NCBI GenBank assembly: GCA_000091205.1
Contig: AP006487.2
Length of the DNA stretch: 64,000 bases
Reading direction: 5' to 3' (one strand)
From: Cyanidioschyzon merolae
Lineage: Eukaryota
A program made the position numbers and the translations under genes. The notes beneath the pieces are model-generated. The model made no database searches. It had not been told where the DNA came from and saw only the letters and a list, made by a program, of their open reading frames with translations. Numbering within the stretch: the first letter of the stretch is position 1; the number at the start of each line of letters is the position of its first letter. This document shows positions 43,782-54,783 of the stretch, one piece after another.

Positions 43782-44799
43782 TGAGTGCGGAAGTTGCTTC
43801 ACCGGAGCAACATTGTAATGGACTGGTCTGTTCACCGGTTCGGGCAACTAGGCAGGCACATGTCTGAAACTTGCCTTCACACTTTCGAAAAAGTCACAGA
43901 TTCTGCGGAAATATGCAGCGCATTTTTTCGGCAGGAACTCCTGGTTACTTTGCATCTACTCGCATTGTATGAGTATTTCTGAAAAATTCCCTATGTAGCT
44001 ATCTTTGATGGCGAAAAGCCTCGTATCGTTACCCCGCTCTGTTGGAATTACACACGAGGAGACTGCCTGTACGGCACCGCAGAAGAATGCTGTCAGCTGC
44101 GTTAAGCTTGGCAGCATGTGCTGATTCCGGACTCTGCAAAGACAACTGTACACCCTATCGGAGCTCTTACGCACTTTTTTTGCGAAATCTGGTAAATCTT
44201 GGAGGATGCATCGTCTTCTACACGCGAAGACGGTCCAGCTCTCTCCAGTGTCAAGCACTTTCCCCTCAAAAAACGCTGGACTCGACAGAGGCTCTAAAAA
44301 TGAACTCTGCACCTATCAATACTGAGTGTAGTGAGCGGCGGATGTCTTCCCTGGTGCACCCAAGGTGTGAGCGACGTAATACGTGGGCGTCTCATACAGA
44401 AACGAAGCCTGCTCTGGTCACGTTGGGCGCACAGGCTCTAGCTCGGGTAGTCACGCTTGTAAATAAACTCTTGGCTCAATGATGGGTCAAGTTTGCGAGA
44501 CTCATAGCCCTGTGCTCCGCGGCTCTGCCAAACGATGTTTCCAGGCGCTCAACACAGCTGCAAGCGTCGTCCCGAGCTGCGGGAAAGCACACTGTTTAAG
44601 AACTCTGTCCGAGGCGACCTCGTGCTCGCTATAAAGCCGTTCTGCAGTTCCCAATGCATCCAGCAGATCCCGTGCATAGAAAGACTAGCACTCATGCCTC
44701 AATCCGTAGCCAAGTGCAGCCCTGCGGCATTTTGAAGGACATATGAGCACTGTAGAATACGTGCAAGTTTCCGGTTCCGTAGGTTGTCTTTGCGGGCCA

Positions 44800-47250
44800 T
44801 GCCTATGATTTTTCCAGTTCAGTGGAAAAGAATATCCCAAGATCATATACGGTAAATTAGTCCGCACCCGCATACTCTTACCCGCCTTTCTCGACCTGAC
44901 CCTTCAATCGGTTTCAGGTGCTCGCTGTATACTTCGATTTTGAGAGGTTGCCAAACGATGATGGCTCGTGTCAGCTGCTCGGGTCTCTTCTCCGGCACTG
45001 CGCATCTCCTGATATACATAGCGGCATTAAAGTCTCGGTTCGCACACTCCACACCTTTCTCGCCTCTGTTTCTACTTACGAATGCGACTAGTCCTCGAAC
45101 TTTCGCCCTCCTTTCCATTCGCTCTTCCGTCAGCGGTCCGTACTTTTCCATATCCTCAGAGCGTCAATGGCACTTTTCCATCTCGTCCCTCTGGAGCGGA
45201 CACCCCAACTCGTATTGTATGCATGAAGTTCGGAACTTATCTACATGTATCGTAACAAAACGCCGTGCGTACTCCTTGTACGCTCGTGGCGACGGAGCGG
45301 GCGTACACTCCTTTTGTTTTGGCGCCCAGCGCTCTGCTTCACACGCTGTTACGAGCCTTTGACTATCGTCTTCCTTGAGGGCGCCCAACTGGTTGGAAAA
45401 GCTCGCGAATAGACACTGCTCCCCACAGTACAAGTTCGTGTGGTGACGAGCCCACCAAGCCGGTACTTTGGAAACCCCTTGCACAGATCCTCGTAATGAG
45501 CAACGCGAATTTTCACGAGCTCCCGAAAATCTCGAAAGTCCGCTCCGCGGATACGCACCTGGCTGATCGCTTCCAGCTCTTCCTTGACTCCTGCATTCCA
45601 TGTCTCAATTTTCTTCCTGGCATTCATTATACCGGATTCTCGGTCATAGCTCGCTCTCGCGAACTCCAAAAGTCGCGTGTCTTTCTCGCATAAGTTGCCG
45701 TCAATACCATCTTCCCCAGGCTTGGGTACTGCGATGATTATGGTATTCGTATTTCCGCGGTCCGTGCCAACGACACGGTCGTTCTCCTGCACCGCCGGCG
45801 TCGCAGGATCCGCCTTCTTCTTTCCTTCATGCTCCGTCACGGGTGACAACGAAGATGGAACCGGGCGATCCGTCCTCAGGCGCCGTCAGTGAACACCTAT
45901 GGATACCCTATCGGTTTCGACGATCCCCGCGGATACCCCTCGCATGCTCGTTTTGAGACGCTTCAGATCGAGGATATTCTTCCAATACGTTTCCCGGCTC
46001 TCGCCGATGAATTCCTTGTTGCTTACACAGAACTCTAGACTGATCTTCCTCATGATCCAGTAGAGGACGCTGGAGTTGATGGTCACGAAATCCGACTTGA
46101 TCCCGCAAATCCAAACAACGTTGAAGCGCTTCTCTCGTAGGAAAGCCTTCCGTTTGTCCGACTCTCGATTTTTTAGGGCCGGCGCCATATCGGCCTTGCG
46201 TTCGCGCTCTCGGTTCAGGAACACGAAATAACGCAGGATGAGGGAATCGCACCTTTTCCATCCTTTTTCATATCTGATATCTTTTCCGCTGGGTTGACAA
46301 GCCCTAAGACCGCACGGTGCTCTTGCATAGCCGCACGGGCCACGGAAGCTTCATTCATACTCCGGTTTGAAGTCTCCTCGTGGACGAATTCGATCTCCCG
46401 TTCACTCCTGCTGTCGTTCGTGATGCCATCGATGCTGGCCCGTCTGCCTCTGCGAGAGATACCCGGGTAGAGTGCAAAGACGGCGCGTATCATGAAGCGT
46501 TTGAGGCTCATTATGAAATGGTTCTTCAGGTTCGTGAGGTACTTTTCACCCCGTATGTGTAGATATCCGCGCCGTCCCTGTGCCGAGTACCGTTGAAGCG
46601 GTATTCCTTGTGATTTTCGTGGAGGACATGCACTCGCTCATTTCTCCTCGGCGTTTCCCCTGTGCCAACCATCAGGAGGCGAATAAAGGTCCTGTTGATA
46701 AACTCTGCCGGAACCTCGACTCTTCGAATTTCCGTCACGTTGTCGTACATCTTCGACAATGCATCAGTCCTGAAGAAGCCTTTATAATACTCATAGCGTA
46801 AGACGCGACACGTTTTTTTTTGATGACCTCATGCGTTATTTGCTTTAGGGATCCTTGCTGCGGCGTAGAAGAAGGGCTTTGGCTCCTATCTCGTCGTACT
46901 GTCGACTTGCTCGCAGCTTTTGACGTCTGGCATCCTTCTTTCGCTTCTTCGTCCTGTCGTGTTCCTCTTTGCTTGGCACTGCGTTCCGTTTTTCGTCGGA
47001 AACCGCGACACCAGGCCCTCAGCATCATCGACTTGCAGCCCCATATCTTTCCTTTAGATTTTTCTTTCTTCACAATCAACGCACTTCGAACGTGCCTGCT
47101 GTAAACCACGATAAAGAATTTGATTACAACCATCTGCGCGTAGAACACGGTTGACTTGGAAAACTATCAGGTTCCGGGTAGTCGCTTCGCGCACGGCAGT
47201 GGCAAACGCTCGTCTGCGATTTGCGAGCTCTGCAGACTCGTTTTGACATG
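44800..47250 (-). mobile_element. Inverted copy (E3) of the Fanzor/TnpB-like element. About 95% identical to E2 over ~2 kb, with more disablements and a truncated 5-prime repeat C remnant.
   Basis: ORF series 46735-47148, 46215-46511, 45886-46224, 45349-45849, 45164-45601, 44843-45151 (all minus) mirrors the E2 ORF series. Extra lesions: CGA->TGA stop at ~45168, homopolymer A7->A9 frameshift at ~46807. 47160-47250 aligns (reverse complement) with the repeat C segment tcgcttcgcgc...gtctgcgcagcttgcagactc. The C-terminal tail QPLKIEVYSEHLKPIEG is intact here. Confidence 0.65.
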
Positions 47251-48027
47251 ACTCGGGGTGTATCGATTACTGTTCGGAACCCAAATACTCTGGATAACAC
47301 ACGCTGGATTGTTCGGCATCGCGGAAAGAAGAGCGTGAAGCGTTCGCGCGCTGCACGTTTTCTCTCAAAGTCAGGACCCTACCTGCACTCGAACGACAGC
47401 AAGAAAGCTGAGCAAAAGCTTGTCTTTAGCTGTTCTCACAGTCAATCGCCCGAAAAAGATTTATCGCTGCCATTTCCAGCTCGGTCGGAGGAAGCCTCAG
47501 CACCGCTTTGCAGCGCTAGAGGTTCCCCTGGGACTACGTACCCTGAACGTCGCTTTCCTGGGCTGCTACCCACAGAGAATAGCCAGAGCTTGGGTACGGT
47601 TACCGCAGTGAAGCAGCTGCTTCGGAAGCTTATAAAGTTCCAAGCACGCCTCGCTCGAGACCAAAGCCGGAAGCTGCGAGCACATAAACGATACGTATGC
47701 GGCATTCGCGAATGCACTCGTTTGTTGCGCGCGAAACAGTGTTTGCTACTTATTGTGCCCTCGAATGGAATACTGCCATGTGCGGCAGCCAATCTTCAAG
47801 AAACGCTCGCTCTAGCAGAAGAGCACTCTGTGCCCATAATCAGAGATATTTCGGCAACTGAGTTATGCCGACTTCTGCGTCGAGTTCAAGCTAGTCGCTT
47901 GAACGCTCGCCCCGCGTGCTGTGTTGGCGTGAAGAGTTGCGAAGGTGCATCGCTCGAAATGCAGAGAGTGTTTGATGCCCTAGCTTTACAGGCTGGAAAC
48001 ATTTACCCAACGGCCGCATCTGAATAG
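47248..48027 (+). CDS. L7Ae/L30e-fold RNA-binding protein, SBP2-like (SECIS-binding-protein-2-type domain)
   Basis: ...[64 protein letters not shown]...ACCVGVKSCEGA matches the SBP2-type L7Ae domain pattern (RLVLGLREV...CVIISPNC...ALGR...VSVVGIFSYDGA). First ATG at 47248. The gene abuts the truncated element E3, so its 5-prime part may be missing. Confidence 0.45.
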   Translation: MTRGVSITVRNPNTLDNTRWIVRHRGKKSVKRSRAARFLSKSGPYLHSNDSKKAEQKLVFSCSHSQSPEKDLSLPFPARSEEASAPLCSARGSPGTTYPERRFPGLLPTENSQSLGTVTAVKQLLRKLIKFQARLARDQSRKLRAHKRYVCGIRECTRLLRAKQCLLLIVPSNGILPCAAANLQETLALAEEHSVPIIRDISATELCRLLRRVQASRLNARPACCVGVKSCEGASLEMQRVFDALALQAGNIYPTAASE

Positions 48028-48071
48028 ATCCCTGAATGAAGCCTCGGACCTTTTCTTTGTGGTTAGCACGG

Positions 48072-49055
48072 CTACCCGGTCGTTTCTTTGTTTTGCCCTG
48101 AAACGGCTTGCTCTCTTTTCCGTAGCTCTTCCTCCGCCTCTTGAGCTTTTCGTGCTAGCTCGTCGGCAATGCGCGCGCGCTCCCGTGCCTCCAGTTCTTT
48201 GAACATAACCTCTGCTTGGGTGAGCTTCTCCATACTCATTTGATATGTTCCAATATCCTGATCGAGCCGTGCGTACGAGATTTTGAGCATATTGGCCCAT
48301 TTTTTCACAGATTCGAGATTGATTTCCACTCCACATGAACTCATGATTTTCATCAAACCTATACCAAATAACCGTGTGTAGTAATATTCACCATCTGCCC
48401 GACGACATGCGCGGAGCGCTGCGATGACTGGTTGCGCTTCGGCACTGTCTTCCCCGGTATCTCGCTCGATCTCCTCTATGAGCTCTGCCTCTGTCTTGCC
48501 CTGCACATATGCCAAAGCGTCGTCAGCTTCCTTGGTGACTTGGCCCACGTCAAGATCCAGCGCATCGCAAATGCACCGGAAGAGGCTCTCTCGCTCGTCC
48601 GGTCGCGGATACGAGCGGAAAAAATCGCGATATACGGATACAAAACCGAGCGCGAAGATGACGTCGTATCGAAACATGGCACAAACGAGCGCGAGATGAG
48701 CAGTTGTCAGAATCTCGTCCACAGCCTGCTGGTAATAGAATACCACAGGACGTTTTAGATTCCGATAGAAACGGGTCACGGTCTCGCTGACGGTGCGCAC
48801 AGGTTTTCCTCGAAAAGGTGCGAACTTTCTAGCAAAGTCTGTGTCAGCTGGCTCTGTGATGAGACCGAGAGCTTCTATGTCTTTTCTGAACTCATCTAAA
48901 CCCGCGAAGCGCGGTTCATCGCCAGTGCCCGCACAGAGCACTTGCCGACTTGTCCGAGAACCCTTCGCGTGAATACCAGCACCCCGCAAACCCGACTTGG
49001 AGAGCTTCCCATAAGCACTCCTGGGTAAACTAAAGCTAAAGGCTGCAGTGAACAT
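48072..49055 (-). CDS. THF1: Thylakoid formation protein Thf1/Psb29 with an N-terminal organelle-targeting presequence
   Basis: YDVIFALGFVSVYRDFFRSYPRPDERESLFRCICDALDLD...YYYTRLFGIGLMKIM...INLESVKKWANMLKISYARLDQDIGTYQMSMEKLTQAEVMFKELEARERAR matches Thf1/Psb29 along its length. ATG at 49055 gives MFTAAFSFSLPRSAYG... (Phe-rich, hydroxylated, basic: plastid-transit-like). Confidence 0.85.
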   Translation of the reverse strand: MFTAAFSFSLPRSAYGKLSKSGLRGAGIHAKGSRTSRQVLCAGTGDEPRFAGLDEFRKDIEALGLITEPADTDFARKFAPFRGKPVRTVSETVTRFYRNLKRPVVFYYQQAVDEILTTAHLALVCAMFRYDVIFALGFVSVYRDFFRSYPRPDERESLFRCICDALDLDVGQVTKEADDALAYVQGKTEAELIEEIERDTGEDSAEAQPVIAALRACRRADGEYYYTRLFGIGLMKIMSSCGVEINLESVKKWANMLKISYARLDQDIGTYQMSMEKLTQAEVMFKELEARERARIADELARKAQEAEEELRKREQAVSGQNKETTG

Positions 49056-49208
49056 GGGGTAAAAGTGTACGCAGAGTGAACCACACTGTGTCACCCTGTT
49101 TGCAGCCCTCTGACAAGAAGCTGCTTCTCGCTCTAGGCCTCTATGATTCGCAAACCCGCGTACCACATCAGTTCACATCGATTGAGGCGCTGCAGGGCAT
49201 CGAATGGA

Positions 49209-49211
49209 TGC

Positions 49212-49242
<31 letters not shown>

Positions 49243-49245
49243 GGG
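49209..49245. repeat. (GGC)n / (GCG)n microsatellite, about 11 units
   Basis: Uninterrupted gcggcggcgg... run, 150-190 bp upstream of the Thf1 start codon (minus-strand gene). Confidence 0.8.
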
Positions 49246-50680
49246 GTCGCGTGCGACGTTTCATGGTGTGGGCGCGCTGTGGAGCGCGATGTCTTTGCGA
49301 TGAATGCCTCGTTTATGCAGGTTGCCAAGAAATCGTACAACGATTATCTCCGGAGGCTTCCATGCTCTGCAAGTCCCATTACCATGTTCTCATAGGACAT
49401 TGAAATTTTAGTGGACCATTTACCTTTAGGGAAACAGAATACACGGCAATCATCGCAAAGAGATTTTACGGAGCATGCCGGTGCGTGCCTCAGCCGACGC
49501 GCACAAGTCTATGTCAAAGCAGTACTGTTTGTGTTCCGCATACGCGTAGGCGTTGTAGGCTTCGTGGTGGACGCTCACGACAGGCACTCGGCACCGAGAG
49601 AATCGAACGATCTGACCAAGATATCGGGGGAGAAGCAGAATTGATTTCTGGTGCAATGAATGGTATAGTGCGGCATGTTTGATGCTCTCGCAGTTGTCGA
49701 AAATGATCGAGCTATCGGGAATCCTATGGTTAGCGCAAATCATCCTGGAACCCCGAAAAACAATGTTCTGCTGTAGACCACAGTGGGCTTGAGATGGGGG
49801 TCGAGTTTGCCGCAGCCTGCGGGCGGTTTACCGGCGCCGCGCATCCCCGAACACCAGTGCGACGCAGACGACATGCACCGATCCGGAGACACGGCCCAGG
49901 AGGCCAGATTGTAGCGGGAGCCGGTCTGAAGCACGAGAGATCGGTAATGACTATGCAAGCAAAGCGTCTACTCACGGTAGGGAGCGCGAAACCGTTTATG
50001 TTTGCATGGACCGATAGTCTGCATTTGAAACCAATGAATCTGAGGAGACTTTTCTGCGGAGCGTTCAGCGTTGCGCAACGCCAGCAGCATATTGAGGCAT
50101 CTTGGCGAATTTTCGGGCTGTCCAAGCTGCGGAAATGTATGGGGACCAGTTGTAACTTCTGCGTGCTTTTTTCGACTCCGAATATAGACAGGAGCCTGAG
50201 AAGCAGGTCCGCCAGGTCGCACGGCGAATATCAAATGAGCTTGTCGCCACGGTAACTGTCTTTATCCGAGACTTTCGAGGATGCAGCGGTGCAACGTTTC
50301 CCTAGGGCAGTCTCCAGAACGAAGATGGTCACGCACAGGCCTGCATTGTCTGGAAGCAAGCGGCTGCGTTGTATGCGGGTGAGTCTTGGCGGTGCGCAAC
50401 TCTGTTGCTTCGAGTCGCGCGCCGTTGATGCCCGTTGAGCATCCGGATAGCTTCGGGTGACTGTTCGGAGTGCAGCAATGACTGGACTCGGTACTTGTGC
50501 CACCGTTTCGAAAGTACATACAAAAAAGAAAAGCCCTGCCCCAAGCCGCAGCGAATGTAACGCGGTATTCGAGGTCTGGTGCAGTTTGCCAGTGAACATG
50601 TAGGGCGTGCAAACCATGCAGTCACAGACGCACTGCCTCAGTCGTACTTGTGCAACTTGCGTTTTAGGAGTCAAAAGCGA

Positions 50681-50751
50681 TGCGCTAGCCGGGAATCGAA
50701 CCCGGGGCAACTGCTTGGAAGGCAATTATGTTACCATTACACCACTAGCGC
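50681..50751 (-). tRNA. tRNA-Gly (anticodon UCC)
   Basis: The reverse complement folds as a canonical cloverleaf: acceptor GCGCTAG/CTAGCGC + discriminator A; D-arm GTGT/ACAT with AATGGTA loop; anticodon stem ATTGC/GCAGT with loop CTTCCAA (anticodon TCC, U33, A37); T-arm CCGGG-TTCGATT-CCCGG. No encoded CCA, as expected for eukaryotes. Confidence 0.85.
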
Positions 50752-51079
50752 GATCAAATGTCCAGCGGCCACTGGCATCCTGTACGCCAAGATCAACCCG
50801 AACTCCGCCCGCGCAATTCATGCTATAAAGTGTTCGCACGCCGCGTCATGATCGATATGTACAATATCTGGCATAATGGTGCAGGGGCATCTCGCCTCCG
50901 TGTCCTTTTACACTGTTGTCCAACCAACATGGAAACAGCACCTAAGACGGCATACATACCAAATTTTGCGTCTCTTTCCACAGTCATCAACACCAGCCTT
51001 TGCGGGCCTGTACGAGAGGCCGTTTCCTATTCCGATCTCTTTTATCCGCTTTAAATACGCCGTCTCTGTTTTGGTATTG

Positions 51080-52268
51080 CTGCATTGCCAGCAGTGAAAG
51101 TGGGTTCGCGGCGTCGCGAAAGCCTCGATTTCACTGCCTCAGGCTGTCATCGACGTATTCCGTGCAAAGATGCAAGGGCGATCAACGGTTCGCTTGCCAT
51201 GCTCATCTTACTTCTCCACAGTTGCGGCGAGCCCTTCGCGCCGGTAACACTTGGCTGCGGTCAAGTGTTACGAAATAATACCCAGACTCCTCCTATGGGG
51301 ACTTTACTGCGGCGCTTGAGCACTTGCTGTAACGCTCGGTACATGCCCAGTCCGGGTACAGGTGGCTCGCCTTGATGCCATGCTTTGTTTCTGCGCCTCG
51401 TGTCGTATCCGATGATCACGGGTTTCTTTGGGTCGATGCCCTCAGCGAGCAGTCTGGACGCTGCACACGAAAGCGCTCTGCGTCACGTTCGATCGAGTCT
51501 TTGTGGAACGCGATGTCGACCATGATGAAACAAGTACCACTAGGAGAATCCAGGACAGAGAAGAGGACGAGAAGTTTCTATCCTTCAACGCTCCGCTAGT
51601 GCACTCCGGTGACATATGCACTATTCGAAACGATCGCAGCAATGGCTCGAGCCCGACTCCAAGACCCCTTCCGATGTAGACGGAAGACTGTGGAGCCGCA
51701 TGGAGCGTATCATGCGGGAGGTATCGTGCTGCAATGGGATGCCTCTGCGTGGATATCCACAGAGAGCATAGGATTCGTTTTCCGAACAGTCCTTTCATTA
51801 TTTGGTGCGAAAAGTCCAGGGAACTCCCGGCATGAGCTTCTGAACAGGTCGTCAACTGACTAAGGCGAATCTTCCACATCGTCTGTTGAACGGCACGGAT
51901 CGCTGCGCCCATGAGTTGCCGTGAAACCGAGCGATCGAAGACTTGAAGCATGCGTGACCTGGGCACGCTACACGTAACGAAAGGGGAAGCGTGGACGCTC
52001 GTACGTATAGACTCGATATTGGCATCTGTTATTCTATGAACCGCTGATCGATGGCGTCACGAATCATCTTAATTCCGATAAAGTACCGAATTCCAGCTTC
52101 AAAGAGCGGAGGGAGTCACTCCGAAAACACTACCGAGAATCCTGAATCTATGCATGGAACCGTGAGCCCGCATCACTGCACTCCGGATATCGAGGCTAGA
52201 CATCTTAAAAAGCTTCGTAAAAAATCGAAATGCAGCCACAGATCATGCAGTTCAGTGTTCCATTTTAA
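51080..52268. repeat. Repeat family B, copy B2 (inverted partner of 41115-42300)
   Basis: See B1. The two arms face each other across ~8.8 kb that contains the BRCT gene, element E3, the SBP2-like gene, Thf1 and tRNA-Gly. Confidence 0.7.
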
Positions 52269-53091
52269 TCTAGCGTGGGTGGACGCAACCTTAGCTTGCA
52301 CTGTTGCAGCGCGAAGACAGGTCACTATGCGCTCGCTTGTCCGTTCATTCCAGCAGCAATCATGCAGTTCGGGCGTTGCATACTTTTGAGAGATAACAGT
52401 ATTTTTACTATTCGGCGAGGATCGGGCAGCGATCAAAGGATAAATCGACCCGCAACGCATGGTATTACATAATCAAAGAATGCAGTAAGAAACTGTTCAG
52501 CGGCAAGCGTCCACATGCTCCCGACTGCAAGATCCAGCATCGTGCGTTCCCGGTTATCCGCAAAAGCAGCTGCCGCATGATTCCCAGCGCGCCTCATGTT
52601 GGTGACGATGCAAACGTAGCGTACGCGCTCAAAACGCTCGAGACGCTCATGGACGCGGCCGAGCTGCGACCCTTGTCCCGTTGGACAGTATAAGTTTAAG
52701 CAACTCACAGGAACAAGATTATTTCGCGGATTACGGAAGGTGCCAAGGCGATACAGCTGCACACCAGGTATCACTATCTCGAACAGATTCACGTATTCTG
52801 TTCGATGAGTATTCAAACGGCCTGCATGCCTTCGAGCTGCGTCGTGCGTGGCCGCATCTAGCCATGTTTTGGGCTACAGATGTTCTGGATCGCCACAAAA
52901 CAATAGATGACAGGCGGAAGATTGCCACGAGAAAATGATACTGTTCAAATTCTGGGGCAATTCCATTCGGCGCGTCCCGTAGACACTTTCTGATAATCCA
53001 ATCCCACAGATGTCCACAGAGCACGGTTTGCTGTGATAGATTCGAACGGTTTGGACGACTGCCGAAGAAATCCTTCCTGGGCAACTTTGCA

Positions 53092-54783
53092 CTACCCTAA
53101 GGGGTCTTGTTTCACGAAACGACCGCGAATTCTAGGGCGGCTATCGGCTAAAATTTTTCGGCAAGAGTACCTCACGATTTTGATGAAGCGCCGCTCTCTC
53201 TTCTTCTGACGATAGCGAATAATGGCAGCCTGTCTGGTCTTTTGCTTGAATTCCCTCACGGAGAAGAGTTTCTCGATCTCTTTCCGAGTTCCTTCGGGCA
53301 TATCCGGCCGTACCGCAGGAATATGATGGTGCGCGTAGATTGTAGGTGACGGAACGTACGCAATATCCTCGCATTCGGAGGTTCTTTCCGAGTTTTCGGC
53401 AGCAAGAGCGCTCTCCGAGCGCCAGCTGCCAATCGAAGCGCCCACCCGGCTGGAGTAGCAGTGCCCAACGGTCTGCGATCCCGACAGTCCGCTTTCCCGA
53501 ACACAGGCTTGAACCATTTTGGCGCCTTCTTCCTCCGAAACCAGAGCTGACTCAAGAGTCGACGGATTCTGGACAAGAGGGACGAGCACGGGAATGTACA
53601 CAATTTTCATCTGGCTGCCGTCTGGATTGTATCGGTCCTCGACGACAGGACGTATTTGATCCCAGGGTTGCAGCCAGAGAGGCTGCGCTCTTCGATATCT
53701 TTCAACAAGCTCATTGAACAATTCTTGCAGTGAATCTGGTGGGAATGCATGTTTCCCGTGCATGAGTTCGAGATAGCTATCAATGCATGAAGAGCTCTCC
53801 GGGATAGCGTCTTGCTCGTCATCTTTGTCCTGTGGATTTGCTTTCCGACTGTGAGAATCGAGATGCGTGCGTTTTCTTTTCTGCGGCAAGGTCGACGCGA
53901 GCTGTTCCGATGTCGGCTGCAGGATATCGAGCTGCACAGCATAATTTTGATCTGCCTCGTCGGGGCTGCTCTTGAACATAGGCAAACTTGCCGCATTTCG
54001 TTTTCCGTCATGGGGAACCGCAGTATCAGCCCCTGTAATCTCCCCAGAAGCCCGCGATTCTCCGTGCAAGCGAAAACGGCTATTGGGTTCGTCATCGAGC
54101 CCAGCGGGCGTCGATGCGCTCTCTCCTACAAGCGCGTCGAGCATTGCTGCAGTCGAGCTGTGTGCATAGCGGGCACCTGGAAGAGGTGTATTCTCCGCGT
54201 TAAAATTCCTCGTTCCGTGGAAAGGCCCGCTTTCAGTTAGGTCGCGAATGCAGGGGGATAGGCTGCCCAGGCGGGTCGACTGCAACAAGTGGAAGCTTCC
54301 TGAAAGAGGCGCACCGGTCGGACGTCTTGCGTCTCCGTCTCGACTATTTGGCGCGAAATACTGTTGCTGAAGAGCACCTGAGAAAGTCTGCCATCGGGGC
54401 GAAGTTCCGCCCAACGCATCAAGGCCGGAAACGCTCTGGTCGTTCAGTGCTTGCGGTGTCAGAGCGGCAGAGTTGATACTGCCCCCGAGAATCCCAGAAA
54501 ACATGGGCGTGGCAGTCCCGTTACGCGGATAAAACTCAAAATAAGGTGAGCTCCTCAGGGCCAAACCGGGAAACAACGGTTTACCGTTGGCGCCCTGTAC
54601 CGAGGACGGCGCACCTATTGCGGGCGAGGCTGAGAGTCGGAAAAGTGCCTCAGCCGCTTGTGCGTCACCAGAATGCGCTTCGGTGCCAGCTGATTGGCCT
54701 TGGTCGACCACTCTCGTAAACATTCCAGGTTCTAGTGTGGTAGCCCCTTCCCTTTTTTGCGCAGAACTAGTTCTACGCGGCAT
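53092..54783 (-). CDS. CCT-motif protein (CONSTANS/CO-like/TOC1-type C-terminal motif). The rest is low-complexity Ser/Pro/Gly-rich.
   Basis: C-terminal REFKQKTRQAAIIRYRQKKRERRFIKIVRYSCRKILADSRPRIRGRFVK matches the CCT motif (R..A..RY.EK.K.R.F.K.IRY..RK..A..RPR.KGRFVK). First in-frame ATG at 54783. The ORF track start is GTG at 54798. Confidence 0.65.
   Translation of the reverse strand: MPRRTSSAQKREGATTLEPGMFTRVVDQGQSAGTEAHSGDAQAAEALFRLSASPAIGAPSSVQGANGKPLFPGLALRSSPYFEFYPRNGTATPMFSGILGGSINSAALTPQALNDQSVSGLDALGGTSPRWQTFSGALQQQYFAPNSRDGDARRPTGAPLSGSFHLLQSTRLGSLSPCIRDLTESGPFHGTRNFNAENTPLPGARYAHSSTAAMLDALVGESASTPAGLDDEPNSRFRLHGESRASGEITGADTAVPHDGKRNAASLPMFKSSPDEADQNYAVQLDILQPTSEQLASTLPQKRKRTHLDSHSRKANPQDKDDEQDAIPESSSCIDSYLELMHGKHAFPPDSLQELFNELVERYRRAQPLWLQPWDQIRPVVEDRYNPDGSQMKIVYIPVLVPLVQNPSTLESALVSEEEGAKMVQACVRESGLSGSQTVGHCYSSRVGASIGSWRSESALAAENSERTSECEDIAYVPSPTIYAHHHIPAVRPDMPEGTRKEIEKLFSVREFKQKTRQAAIIRYRQKKRERRFIKIVRYSCRKILADSRPRIRGRFVKQDPLG

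Noticed and set aside
52433-53084. Two overlapping minus-strand ORFs (127 and 117 aa) just downstream of the CCT-motif gene, as a possible extra exon or gene
   Set aside because: No recognisable motifs. The CCT protein already terminates cleanly after its C-terminal motif. Insufficient evidence.
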